Virus record (IMG/VR): IMGVR_UViG_3300032212_000020
Location: 1 to 49,355 of that record
Strand: one strand, 5' to 3'
Origin: a virus
Lineage: Duplodnaviria; Caudoviricetes
DNA length: 49,355 nt
Shown: positions 8,793 through 17,675 of the stretch, piece by piece
Position numbering within the stretch: the first letter of the stretch is position 1
Layout of the letters: the number at the start of each line of letters is the position of its first letter
The notes under the pieces: generated by a model
Seen by the model: only the letters and a program-made list of their open reading frames with translations
What the model was told of the DNA's origin: nothing
The model's database searches: none
Made by a program: the position numbers and the translations under genes

Positions 8793-9127
8793 GCGGCCCT
8801 CCCATGGGTCTTGGCGATGAGGTCGACGAGGCGCTGCACCTCGCCCTCGCGGGGCACCCGCTCCGAGGTCGGCCACCACCCGAGCAGCCCGAGGGCCCCG
8901 GCACGATGCGCGGCGTCGATGTGGTCGGCACACAGGTGCCGCGCGAGCTTCTGGTGAGGGCACCCAGGGACGGCGCAAGCGGCACCGTCAGCCATGCGGG
9001 CCCGCTCGACCTCGGCGTGGTGCTTCCGGCAAACCGGCCGAGACTCGGGGACGGTCCAGCCAGGGCGGCGGACGTGGACCGTGAGGCGGCCGGGGTGGGG
9101 GCAGTTGTGGATGGAGCAGGGGGTCAT
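8789..9127 (-). CDS. Cys/His-rich zinc-binding protein
   Basis: CSIHNC...CRKH and CAVPGC...CADH repeats; ATGA coupling. Confidence 0.65.
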   Translation of the reverse strand: MTPCSIHNCPHPGRLTVHVRRPGWTVPESRPVCRKHHAEVERARMADGAACAVPGCPHQKLARHLCADHIDAAHRAGALGLLGWWPTSERVPREGEVQRLVDLIAKTHGRAA

Positions 9128-9813
9128 CGGGCACCCCCGTCCCACTCGATCTCCAGCCGCCAGAACCACCGCACGCCCGGGTACAGCTTCGCGACCACGG
9201 CGAGGAACTCCGCGGCGGTGTCGAAGCCCTCGCGCTGCGCCTCGGCGTCGTCGATGTCCGAGAGGTCGCAGGGGGTGACGCTGGTGAGCGTGCCCCAGGT
9301 GCGGGCGGCCCACTTCGGCATGTGGACCGACGGACTCCAGCGGATGCGCGGCAGCGGGTCCCCGTACTCGTCGAGCACCGGGCCCAGGTCCTCGGGCGCG
9401 AAGTCGGCGCGGTAGTCGATGACGCTGCGGTCATTCAGTCCGTCATCGGACGGGTCTGGGCGAGGCGCAAACTGCGTCCAGCACTCCCGCACCCACACCC
9501 GCTGGCCCACGGTCGCGATGCCGGCGCCGGGGATGCGGGGAGGCATGTCGCCCAGCTCGACGGTGCCGATGATGTTCCCGCACCAGTCGAGGCAGAGCCA
9601 CGCATCGCGGTCCTCCCCAGCAATGCGCCCCTCGGCGGGAGTGCCCTTGAACGAACTGGGGGAAAACGGGTGGCCCCCTCGCTCGATCTTGGCGACCGAC
9701 GACGAGAACGGGAGAGCGGGCTGCGGCGACATCGGCCGCCGCGTCACCGTCTTGCGCCCCTCCGCGCACGCCTGGGCGAGCGGGTCGGCCATGAGGAGTC
9801 CGAGGTCAGCCAT
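9124..9813 (-). CDS. ASCH-like phage protein
   Basis: EGRKTVTRRP...GQRVWVRECW...WSPSVHMPKWAAR...LSDIDDAEAQREG. Confidence 0.8.
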   Translation of the reverse strand: MADLGLLMADPLAQACAEGRKTVTRRPMSPQPALPFSSSVAKIERGGHPFSPSSFKGTPAEGRIAGEDRDAWLCLDWCGNIIGTVELGDMPPRIPGAGIATVGQRVWVRECWTQFAPRPDPSDDGLNDRSVIDYRADFAPEDLGPVLDEYGDPLPRIRWSPSVHMPKWAARTWGTLTSVTPCDLSDIDDAEAQREGFDTAAEFLAVVAKLYPGVRWFWRLEIEWDGGAR

Positions 9814-10333
9814 GGGGCACCTCCCGGCCAGCGGTGTGGAGAACGATGCGGCGCAGGGCCTCGGCGTCCACCACCCGCGACCCGTCCGGCAGCGTCTCGA
9901 CGTCCCGGTGGTTCAGGTCCGCGAAGAGGTCGTCGCTCAGGAAGAAGTACCGGGCGCTCCAGAGGTTCAGCTCCCAGCCGAGGGGCGCCCCCGTGTCATC
10001 CTCCCAGCCTGCCCACGTCCAGTAGACCGCGTCCACGATGGGGCCGGTCAGGTCGTCCGCAATGTCGTTGACATCGAACACGCTGCGCGTCGCGAGCCAG
10101 TGCAGGGCGTGCAGGCGTCCCGTTGCGTCGCTGAGGTCAAGGTCGAGCAGGCCCAGCCCCCAAGACTTCGGGGAGTCGTGTCGCCAGTTCTCGCCGCGGA
10201 TGTCTGTGACGACCGCGCCAAGCGGCCCAGCACGGGCCACCACGCCTTCCCGCGACGGGGGAGTCATCCGGACAGGCGACCCCCGCCGCAACAAACCCGG
10301 GATGTCCCCCGGCACAGTCACGTTGATGCTCAC
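9806..10333 (-). CDS. Hypothetical protein
   Basis: GTG start coupled to upstream stop; DIPGLLRRGSPV...LPDGSRVVDAEALRRIVL. Confidence 0.65.
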   Translation of the reverse strand: MSINVTVPGDIPGLLRRGSPVRMTPPSREGVVARAGPLGAVVTDIRGENWRHDSPKSWGLGLLDLDLSDATGRLHALHWLATRSVFDVNDIADDLTGPIVDAVYWTWAGWEDDTGAPLGWELNLWSARYFFLSDDLFADLNHRDVETLPDGSRVVDAEALRRIVLHTAGREVPHG

Positions 10334-10689
10334 GCAGCCTCCAGCGCCAGAGCCCCGCGCACCGCGGCCTCCAGCTCGCCCCACTCGGGCTTCGAGATGA
10401 CCGCCGCCTCGCACCACGCGTAGCGGTCGGGGTCGCCGGTGAAGACGATGCAGTGCACGCCCATGGACGCGCACGCCTCGGCGATCTCGTGAGCGCTGCC
10501 CTCCAATCCATCGGTGACGACGAGCCGGGGGCGGTGCTCACGGATGGCCGCGATGGCCCACCGCCGCACCAGGTCCGGGTCGCCCGCGGTCAGCTTCATG
10601 GGGCGGGAGCTCGTCCAGACGCCGACCTTGCGGCAGAGGACGCGGGCGAGCGACGGCGAGTCCTCGCAGATGATGACGGGGCGGGTCAT
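10330..10689 (-). CDS. Stand-alone CheY-like response regulator receiver
   Basis: VIICEDSP (acidic pocket), RLVVTDG (phospho-Asp), IVFTG, ISKP. Confidence 0.75.
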   Translation of the reverse strand: MTRPVIICEDSPSLARVLCRKVGVWTSSRPMKLTAGDPDLVRRWAIAAIREHRPRLVVTDGLEGSAHEIAEACASMGVHCIVFTGDPDRYAWCEAAVISKPEWGELEAAVRGALALEAA

Positions 10690-11513
10690 GCGGCCGTCCG
10701 ATGCGGGACGGCGATGTTCGCGACGCGCACGCCCGAGGACGTAGGCACGAGCACCCCCGGCTTGAGGGCGCCTGCCCGCCGGAGCTCGACCAGGGAGTAG
10801 CGGACCGTGTCGGCGTCCCACACGAGGCGCTCGCCCAGCCCGACGGCACTCAGCGGCCCACCGGCCTCCCAGGCGCGGCAGATCGACAGCATGGCCACCG
10901 TGGACGGCCCCGAGAGGCGCGGCCACCGACGGGGCGAGGTGTTCACCGGCTCCAGCACGTCCGGCGCGACCAGCAGGCGACGACGAAGTGTCTCGACGTG
11001 CTGCTCGGCCGCACCCACGGGAAGATGGAGCTCGGCCGCGACCTCCGAGAGCGTCATCCCGGGGAAGCTCACCACCACCTCGAGCACGCCGCGCTGTCCA
11101 GGACCCTCAGCTGCGAGCGAAGCCGCCAGCGCCGCCCCGGCCGGGGTCAGCACGAGCACGTCCGCTGGGTGGAGCGCGAGACAGGCGCGGAGCGTGGCGA
11201 TGACGTTTCGGGCAGTGCTTTCCGTCATCGAGAGCGCGGTCTGCACCTCGAGTCGGCGGGTGGGTGCACCGTCCTCGCGTCGGCGAAGCACCAGGTCGAG
11301 CACGCGCTGCTCGTTCGGGCGGAGGCGCATCGTGGGCGCCCGGCCCGTCGGGATGAGGCCGACCGCCTCGACGAGGCCACGCCGCCGGAGGTTGAGGGCC
11401 GCCCGGCGTGCACGGATGGCGCTGACGCCGAGGGGGCCGAGCAGATCCTGGGTGGTCGCGCCGTCGAGGGCGTGGATCAGGAGCAGGGCGGAGGTGGTGA
11501 GGGATGGGGTCAT
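10686..11513 (-). CDS. Protein with four tandem winged-helix-like units
   Basis: Units ending LRRRGLVE, LRACLAL, LRRRLLV and LRRAGALKP, each preceded by an HTH-like pattern. Confidence 0.65.
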   Translation of the reverse strand: MTPSLTTSALLLIHALDGATTQDLLGPLGVSAIRARRAALNLRRRGLVEAVGLIPTGRAPTMRLRPNEQRVLDLVLRRREDGAPTRRLEVQTALSMTESTARNVIATLRACLALHPADVLVLTPAGAALAASLAAEGPGQRGVLEVVVSFPGMTLSEVAAELHLPVGAAEQHVETLRRRLLVAPDVLEPVNTSPRRWPRLSGPSTVAMLSICRAWEAGGPLSAVGLGERLVWDADTVRYSLVELRRAGALKPGVLVPTSSGVRVANIAVPHRTAA

Positions 11514-11595
11514 CGCGGGACTCCAGACGCAGGGGGTGCACCACCGAGGCCCCGTCCGGCGAGCCAGTACGGGGCAGGACGGGCCGGGCCGGGCG

Positions 11596-12645
11596 CTAGG
11601 TGGCAACGCCCAGGTGCCCAGCCAGCCGCGCGAGGTCGTCGTCGGACAGGTCGCCGACCTTCCCGTCGAGCTCCAGGTCGCCGTACGCTCGGTCGAGAGC
11701 CTCGGGGTTGGCCTCCTCGGCCTTTGCGATGGCCGCGAGGACAGGGGCGCGGTCGAGGGTGGGGGCATCGGGCTCGCTGCCGAAATCGGGCAGGGCCGGG
11801 GCGCCGCCCTCGGGACGCAGCGCGACTCTGTCGACGGGCAGGCCGGCCACGGGGGCCGCCGAGGGGTCTGCCGAGTCTGCCACCGCAAGGGCCTCGCGCG
11901 ACTCCAGCGAGAGCGGGACCAGGCCGCCGTTCAACAGGCGCCGGAGCGCCGTCTTCCGGGCCATCGCAGGGTAGTCCGAGCTCCAGGGCGAGAAGCTCTT
12001 GTCGCCGGTCGGGGAGCGCTTGCGGGTGGCGTCGATCTCCTCGCGAGTCAGGATGACCTGGACGCGGGACCCATCCTTCAGCTCGGCCACGGCGTAGGCG
12101 CCCGCGAGGTTCTTGGCGTTGACGGCGGGGGCGCCTGGCGCCCACCTGTGGACGAGCACCGGGGGCTCCATGCTCGCCTCGACGGACCCGTTCTCCAGGT
12201 CCCACGCGCTGAAGACGCCCGCATTCAGGCGGGCCAGCTCGCCACTGCGCCTCGCGAGCTCCGCCAGGCCCCGGTAGCCGACGACCGGGAGAATGGTCCA
12301 CGCGTAGCGCCGCGACTCGCCCCGCTTCGCAATGTTCTCTCGCCGCGGGGTGGCGTACATGAGCCCCTGGGCGCTCCCGGGCTCGAGGCCGAGCTGGGCG
12401 GCGAGCATGAAGAACTGCGCGACGCTGCGGCGTCCCTCCGACGTCGTCATGGTCTCCAGCAGCAGCGGGTTCTTGCCGGCCTCCGCGATGAAGAGCCGAG
12501 CGATGCGCGTCGGGCTGGCGTGCTGGTTCGCGACGTCTGCGACGGCGCCCTCAAGCGCCGAGAGGAACTTCGTGAGCCCGCCCTTGTCGCCGGTGAACTC
12601 CTGCATCGCTGCCTGCTGCAGCTGTGGGGTGAGTGCGGTCGTCAT
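11596..12645 (-). CDS. recT: RecT-family single-strand annealing recombinase
   Basis: AAQLGLEPG...GLMYATP...VGYRGLAELARRSG...GAYAVA...PWSSDYPAMARKTALRRL. Confidence 0.92.
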   Translation of the reverse strand: MTTALTPQLQQAAMQEFTGDKGGLTKFLSALEGAVADVANQHASPTRIARLFIAEAGKNPLLLETMTTSEGRRSVAQFFMLAAQLGLEPGSAQGLMYATPRRENIAKRGESRRYAWTILPVVGYRGLAELARRSGELARLNAGVFSAWDLENGSVEASMEPPVLVHRWAPGAPAVNAKNLAGAYAVAELKDGSRVQVILTREEIDATRKRSPTGDKSFSPWSSDYPAMARKTALRRLLNGGLVPLSLESREALAVADSADPSAAPVAGLPVDRVALRPEGGAPALPDFGSEPDAPTLDRAPVLAAIAKAEEANPEALDRAYGDLELDGKVGDLSDDDLARLAGHLGVAT

Positions 12646-12660
12646 GCTCTGCTCCTGCCG

Positions 12661-13746
12661 CTACTTGGCGGCCTGCTGGTGGTTCTTCGGGGGGCGGACG
12701 TTGAACGTCTTCCGCCCGTTCTTCGCGGTGGTGACCCAGGCCCGGCGGTGGCCGCTCTCGCTGGTCAGCGTGTCGACGCCACGGAAGGCGGACAGCGCGC
12801 GCCCCTTGGCGGCCTTCTCGGTCTTCTCTGCAGCGAGGCGGGCCTGCCGAGCCTCCTCGTACGCGAACGCGGCGCCAAGCTCTTCGTCGGTCCCGACGCG
12901 CTCGCCGGGGCGGGACTGGCTCAGCATCCGGGCGATGCACTCGTCGCTGCCATCCGGGTCCGGCTCCTCGCCGCGGACCAGGAAGCGCTCACGACGCTCC
13001 GCCACCTGCTCGACGACCCACCGAACGGCGGCGTCGTCGGGGTCACCCTCGCGGACCACCCGAAGGCACGTCGGCCGGCTCTGCTCGATGATCCACGCGT
13101 CCCGGGTCGTGCGACCGCCGGCGGAGATGATCCAGGGCGCCGGCTGGTAGGAACAACGAACGGCCATGATGTCGAAGACGCTGGTGTCGAGGACGAAGAG
13201 CCCCCAGCACAGCTGGTAGAGGTAGTCCTCCGGCAGCAGCCCCTCGCGGGCGGCACGAATCAGGCTCCGAGCCTGCACGACGTAGTCGACGTGTTCCGCC
13301 TCTGGCAGCGGGCGCGCCGCGGTCGAGGGCAACGGGTCGCCCCACCGGGCCTTGTCCTTCCAGCTGTAGGTCTTCGCCTCGCCCCCGACCTCGACATTGT
13401 CGTAGGGGCCCATGACGATGCCGTCCGGGCTGTAGCGGGCCCACGGGAGCTCGCGGTGCTCGGCGACCATCAGGCCAGACTGGACCTTCATGCCCGACGC
13501 GTCCCGCCACCACCGCAGCAGGTGCGGCTCGACGATGTGCCCGCGCTGGCGGATGTCGCTCGACTCCGGCTCGGGCTCCCGGACGTACCCGGGCTGCGCT
13601 GACGCCCAGACGCCCCAGGGTCCGCGGAAGCCGGACCGCCCAAGGATGGGCGCGACGTCCGAACCGCCGATGCAGTGCTCGGCGCCGGCCTTGCGGCCTT
13701 CGAGCCAAGCCTCCCGGTCCGGGTAGTGCTGGATGGTGCAGGTCAT
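12661..13746 (-). CDS. YqaJ-like viral recombinase exonuclease
   Basis: REAWLEGRK...IGGSDVAPILG...RGHIVEP...SPDG...GEAKT...YLYQLCW; adjacent to recT. Confidence 0.88.
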   Translation of the reverse strand: MTCTIQHYPDREAWLEGRKAGAEHCIGGSDVAPILGRSGFRGPWGVWASAQPGYVREPEPESSDIRQRGHIVEPHLLRWWRDASGMKVQSGLMVAEHRELPWARYSPDGIVMGPYDNVEVGGEAKTYSWKDKARWGDPLPSTAARPLPEAEHVDYVVQARSLIRAAREGLLPEDYLYQLCWGLFVLDTSVFDIMAVRCSYQPAPWIISAGGRTTRDAWIIEQSRPTCLRVVREGDPDDAAVRWVVEQVAERRERFLVRGEEPDPDGSDECIARMLSQSRPGERVGTDEELGAAFAYEEARQARLAAEKTEKAAKGRALSAFRGVDTLTSESGHRRAWVTTAKNGRKTFNVRPPKNHQQAAK

Positions 13747-14102
13747 GCCGCGGCCCGCAGGCCCTCGAACGTCTCGACGCGGAACGTCTCGCCCTTCGGA
13801 GGGGCCAGCGCGATGAGGCCCAGGTCCCGAGTCGTCAGCGTGACCCGGACCCCACCGAAGTCGGCGGACATGAGCGCCCAGGTCCAGTCGCGGGCGCCCT
13901 CGTCGTGGCCCTTGTCGAGCACGGACCAGGTCCCGCCCAGGCGACGGAGCAGCCCCGAGTCGTCGTCGCTGCCGTCGAGCACCAGGGCGCAGTCGTCCGC
14001 CGTGAACTCGCCGGAGACGACGTGGGCGCCGCGCTCCAGGAGGAAGTCGAGGGCGGCGTGGAGGCGCGCCGTGTGGCCCGCCAGGGCGTCGATCGTGAGC
14101 AT
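13743..14102 (-). CDS. Hypothetical protein
   Basis: GGAG SD before MLTIDAL; coupled to the yqaJ-like gene. Confidence 0.65.
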   Translation of the reverse strand: MLTIDALAGHTARLHAALDFLLERGAHVVSGEFTADDCALVLDGSDDDSGLLRRLGGTWSVLDKGHDEGARDWTWALMSADFGGVRVTLTTRDLGLIALAPPKGETFRVETFEGLRAAA

Positions 14103-14122
14103 GGAGGTCTCCATCCCGCTGC

Positions 14123-14461
14123 TCAGGCAGCGGAAGCGGTGGCGGTCGCCGGAGCGACCCAAGGGGCGGGGGCATCGCCCCGGATGAGCTCGGCGTGCAG
14201 CGAGCAGAAGGGCGAGCCGAGCGTCACGACGTCAGCGTCATCGCGGAAGCCCTGGAGGGCGGCGTCGCGGAGGGCGTCGAGGTCGGCGTGGGTGAGCGTG
14301 TCGGTGTCGCCATCGATACTGAACACCCAAGCAGCACCCGTGCTGCGAATCGCATCGCACGGGCTCGCCACGTAGAAGCCGTAGCCGTCGCAATCGTCCG
14401 TCACCACGATGTCGACGTGCTCCAGCGGGAGCAGGGCGAGCGGGGTGGGTTCGACGGGCAT
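14123..14461 (-). CDS. Hypothetical acidic protein, first gene of the leftward operon
   Basis: ORF with GC3-biased codons; start uncertain. Confidence 0.55.
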   Translation of the reverse strand: MPVEPTPLALLPLEHVDIVVTDDCDGYGFYVASPCDAIRSTGAAWVFSIDGDTDTLTHADLDALRDAALQGFRDDADVVTLGSPFCSLHAELIRGDAPAPWVAPATATASAA

Positions 14462-14536
14462 ATCCTGACCGGCGGTCAGGGTGGGGCGGGGGGTACGGTG
14501 ACTGTGCGGCGAGGGCATTGCGTTGACTCCAGCAGC

Positions 14537-14553
14537 GACACATCTTGTGTACT
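14537..14553. promoter_or_regulatory. Putative repressor operator (OL-like)
   Basis: GACACATCTTGTGTACT; its reverse complement matches 15252-15268 at 15/17; AT-rich intergenic region. Confidence 0.7.
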
Positions 14554-14603
14554 CTACTGATTCGGCCACCGCCACAATAAATGTACAACTTGTGGAGATG
14601 CAC

Positions 14604-14822
14604 ATGCAGGACGACGGTCACGTCATCCCGTTCCCCAGATCACCAGCGGCGCGCGACACAGAAGTGTGCGCGCCTCCCAGCATTGAGGAGGAGCGGGACA
14701 CGGACCTCCGGCTTCACGCGATGAAGCTCGTCACGCGGGCGCCCACGAGGCAGCTCCGTGCTCTCGTCACGCTCCTGGACGACGAAGGTCAGCCGATAGA
14801 GCGACCGCGGCGCTCCTCCTGA
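14604..14822 (+). CDS. Small protein convergent on the repressor gene
   Basis: GGAG SD at 14594; MQDDGHVIPFPR...; overlaps the cI-like 3' end. Confidence 0.5.
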   Translation: MQDDGHVIPFPRSPAARDTEVCAPPSIEEERDTDLRLHAMKLVTRAPTRQLRALVTLLDDEGQPIERPRRSS

Positions 14823-15184
14823 AGCTCCTCCGCGACACTCTGGATGTACCTGCGAACGAGGCGCGCCGTCTTCGGGTCCGCCTCGCGTAGGACGCGGGCA
14901 AGAGCAGCCACCGTTGCGCGATCATCTTCCGCGAGGGCAGCCGCATTGTTGGAAAGCTCCACCACGTTGGAGCGGCCTCCGGCGGGAATCAGGTCCACCA
15001 CCAGATCGAGCCCGAGGGCCTGGGCCCACTCCTTGAGCTGGTCCACGTCGGCACGACTACGCCCTGCCTCTCGGTTCGAGAAGAACTGGCGGCTGATGTC
15101 CTGCCGCTTCGCCACCTCGGTCGAGGAGAGGCCGGCGGAGCGCCGAGCTTCGACCAGTGTCGTATGGATGTCCGAGTACCGCAT
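14789..15184 (-). CDS. XRE-family repressor (cI-like)
   Basis: LVEARRSAGLSSTEVAKRQDISRQFFSNREAGRS; divergent from the cro-like gene. Confidence 0.8.
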   Translation of the reverse strand: MRYSDIHTTLVEARRSAGLSSTEVAKRQDISRQFFSNREAGRSRADVDQLKEWAQALGLDLVVDLIPAGGRSNVVELSNNAAALAEDDRATVAALARVLREADPKTARLVRRYIQSVAEELQEERRGRSIG

Positions 15185-15251
15185 GTAGAGCGATCTACCA
15201 CCGCGTCCCGAAGAATCGATACACAGGAATTTGCGCTCCACGCTCACACGT

Positions 15252-15268
15252 AGTACACAGAATGTGTC
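15252..15268. promoter_or_regulatory. Putative repressor operator (OR-like)
   Basis: AGTACACAGAATGTGTC, an ACAC-N5-GTGT dyad between the divergent HTH genes. Confidence 0.7.
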
Positions 15269-15282
15269 ACAGAGAGCGACCC

Positions 15283-15570
15283 ATGAGCACGGACCACAAG
15301 CAACGCCGCCGGCGCAGCATCGGCGTCATCCTTCGGATGGCCGCTGACGCCCGCGGGCTGGGGCCCACGGCCATCGCCGAGGGCATGGAGGCCTACGGCG
15401 TGCAGATGACCCGGCAGGCGGTGAGCAACTACCTGGCGGGGCTCCGAGCCCCCGACGGCCCCACCCTGCGAGCCCTCGCCGCAGTCCTCGCTCTCGCCTC
15501 CGACCAGACCCGCGCCGTCGCCGAGCTCGCCGACCTCTACATCGAGGTCGTGGTCGCGAAGGCCGCGTAG
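15283..15570 (+). CDS. Cro-like XRE HTH protein
   Basis: RGLGPTAIAEGM...MTRQAVSNYLAGLRAPDGPTLRALAAVL. Confidence 0.8.
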   Translation: MSTDHKQRRRRSIGVILRMAADARGLGPTAIAEGMEAYGVQMTRQAVSNYLAGLRAPDGPTLRALAAVLALASDQTRAVAELADLYIEVVVAKAA

Positions 15571-15575
15571 ATGGG

Positions 15576-15875
15576 TCAGTCCGCCGCCAGCTTCCGCTCG
15601 ATAGCTGCCGCATCCTCTGGCCGGGCCTCCTTGAAGGCTTCCCACTCGGCGCACGCTTCCTCGTCGCCGTTCAACGCACAGAGCTTCGCGCGCGATTCCG
15701 CAATTTGGGCGTCGCTCTCCCGCAGGTGCGCCTCGGTTCGAGCCTCCATCGCGGCCCACTTCGCCGCCTCCCGCTGCTCTGACCACATCGTGCCGCCCCA
15801 AACCAGCACCCCGACGCCCACGACCCCGAGGCCCAGCTTCCACGCGAACGCCGTCTTCTCCGCGTCGTCCCCCAT
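15576..15875 (-). CDS. Counter-oriented single-TM membrane protein
   Basis: GGGAGG SD; TM LGLGVVGVGVLVWGG followed by a helical domain with two Cys. Confidence 0.6.
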   Translation of the reverse strand: MGDDAEKTAFAWKLGLGVVGVGVLVWGGTMWSEQREAAKWAAMEARTEAHLRESDAQIAESRAKLCALNGDEEACAEWEAFKEARPEDAAAIERKLAAD

Positions 15876-16144
15876 CGCGCCCTCCCTGCAGGCCGCGAAC
15901 CGTACCACCCCCGCCCCCCGTCTCCCCGCCGCCACCCCTACGGCCCCGCCGAGCTCGCCCAGCGCCCACCGCGCCCTTCCGCTGAGCTCCCGGGGAGACG
16001 CCCCCTTCCCTGCCCGCCGCCGCCTCGCAACGGCCGCTCGCACGTCTCCTGTTGGGGCCCGTGGGTCGGTCGGCGGGCACTTCTTCCTCCGTCGCTCTCA
16101 CCGTAGAGCCGCGGTCTCGCACACCCCACACCGGAGGGCGTGAG

Positions 16145-16621
16145 ATGCCCAAGTACACCCCCATCAATGGCCCCATGCAGCGAGCCGTGATGCTCGCGGT
16201 CATGGACGTGCCTGGCATGACGCAGAATCGGGTCGCCACCCGCCTCGGCGTCGACCGCTCGATGGTCTCTCGGTGGCTGAACGTCCAGAGCCCGATGCCG
16301 ATGGACGCTGCGTTCCACCTGGCCAAGTGGCTGGGTCCCGGCATCCTGGCGGACGCCTGCGAGGTCACCGGCTTGCGGGTCGACCGCGACGTGCGCAGCC
16401 CTGACGACGTCGACCGCGAGGTCTCCGACATCCGGAAGCGCCTCGCGTACGTGGTCGGCCGCATCGCCGAGGCCCAGGACCCCGACAGCGACGGCGGCCA
16501 CGACGTGAGCCCCGGCGAGGCCAAGGGGATGCTCCCCGACATCCGCGCGCTGATCCAGGAGGCCCAGGACCTCGAGGCCGCGCTCGCCTCGAAGGCTCGC
16601 GAACTGCGGGTGGCGTCTTGA
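16145..16621 (+). CDS. HTH regulator, CII-like
   Basis: GMTQNRVATRLGVDRSMVSRWL; C-terminal DPDSDGGHDVSPGEA; GGAGGG SD. Confidence 0.7.
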   Translation: MPKYTPINGPMQRAVMLAVMDVPGMTQNRVATRLGVDRSMVSRWLNVQSPMPMDAAFHLAKWLGPGILADACEVTGLRVDRDVRSPDDVDREVSDIRKRLAYVVGRIAEAQDPDSDGGHDVSPGEAKGMLPDIRALIQEAQDLEAALASKARELRVAS

Positions 16622-16938
16622 CCGCCCCCGCCATCCCGACCACCCGGCCGCCATACCGCGAGACCGTCGCCGCCGAGCTCGCGCGCGTCGAAGACGAGCG
16701 GGACCACCTCGCCCGCCGCGTCGAGGAGCTGGAGGCGGACCTCACCGAGGCCGAGCGCATCTTCGGGAGCGCCCTCGGCCGGCGTCACATCCTGCTCGAC
16801 CTCGTCGACACGTACGACGAGGCCGAGGACCACCTCTCCGCCCGCCTCAGCAGCGTCGAGTCGTCTCGCGACGGGTGGCGCCTCGTCTCCGCCGTCTTCA
16901 CGCTGGGCTTCATCGCCCTCGGCCTGGGCAGCTGCTGA
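16618..16938 (+). CDS. Coiled-coil protein with C-terminal TM
   Basis: ELARVEDERDHLARRVEELE; terminal hydrophobic stretch; coupled. Confidence 0.6.
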   Translation: MTAPAIPTTRPPYRETVAAELARVEDERDHLARRVEELEADLTEAERIFGSALGRRHILLDLVDTYDEAEDHLSARLSSVESSRDGWRLVSAVFTLGFIALGLGSC

Positions 16939-17675
16939 TGGGCGCCCCTGCCACCACCCGCCGGCGCCCCCGGCCTGGAACCCGCGCCCGCAAGGTGCTG
17001 GTCCTGCTCGAGCAGCACGGTCCGCAGACCGTCCGCGAGCTCGCCCGGGCCATCACGCCGCGGCAGCGCAGGAGCAAGCCCTTCGGGAACGCCGCAGAGC
17101 GCCAGATGTGGCACGGCCGTCAGGAGCGGGCCCTCAAGGCCGAGACGGGTCGGGTGCAGAACGCCCTCGACCAGCTCGTGCGCAAGGGCTGGGTCTCCGC
17201 GGCCGCCCCCCGCCTGGCGGAGGGCGTCGCCGAGCTCATCGAGCAGCACGGGTACGCCGGCGCCCTCTGGCGGGGCTCCGTTGAGGCACGCCTGTCCGGC
17301 GTCCTGCCGCCCGCTCTCGACGATTCGCACGGAGACCACGAACGCGCCCTGGAAACGCTGCGCGCCGTCGCCGAGCGCCGCCCCGTCCCCGCTGGCGCGC
17401 CCCTCGCGTGGCTCGCCGGCCAGGACCTCATCGAGCCGGCCGGGCTTCGGTGCCTCGTCGCCGACCTGCCGCCCATCCCCATCCCGCCGAAGGAGGCCTC
17501 CATGCCCGCTCCGAAGTTGCACCTGTGCGGTCGCTCGACGACGACCGAGAAGGCCACCGAGACGCTCGGCGGCCGGACGTTCAGAGTCACCCGGAAGCGG
17601 TGTGAGGTCTGCCAGAAGGTGGTCCTCGAGGACCGGATGGAGCTCGGCAACGTCGGGCCGAAGGGGGCGGCGTGA
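16938..17675 (+). CDS. Winged-helix protein with C-terminal zinc-ribbon-like extension
   Basis: VLVLLEQHGPQTVRELARAI...VQNALDQLVRKGWV; HLC...CEVC. Confidence 0.65.
   Translation: MGAPATTRRRPRPGTRARKVLVLLEQHGPQTVRELARAITPRQRRSKPFGNAAERQMWHGRQERALKAETGRVQNALDQLVRKGWVSAAAPRLAEGVAELIEQHGYAGALWRGSVEARLSGVLPPALDDSHGDHERALETLRAVAERRPVPAGAPLAWLAGQDLIEPAGLRCLVADLPPIPIPPKEASMPAPKLHLCGRSTTTEKATETLGGRTFRVTRKRCEVCQKVVLEDRMELGNVGPKGAA

Noticed and set aside
10807-13602. 931-aa plus-strand ORF and similar long ORFs (15244-16833, 28257-30011, 35902-37833, 44734-46503)
   Set aside because: Antisense shadows of real genes caused by high GC3; no motifs
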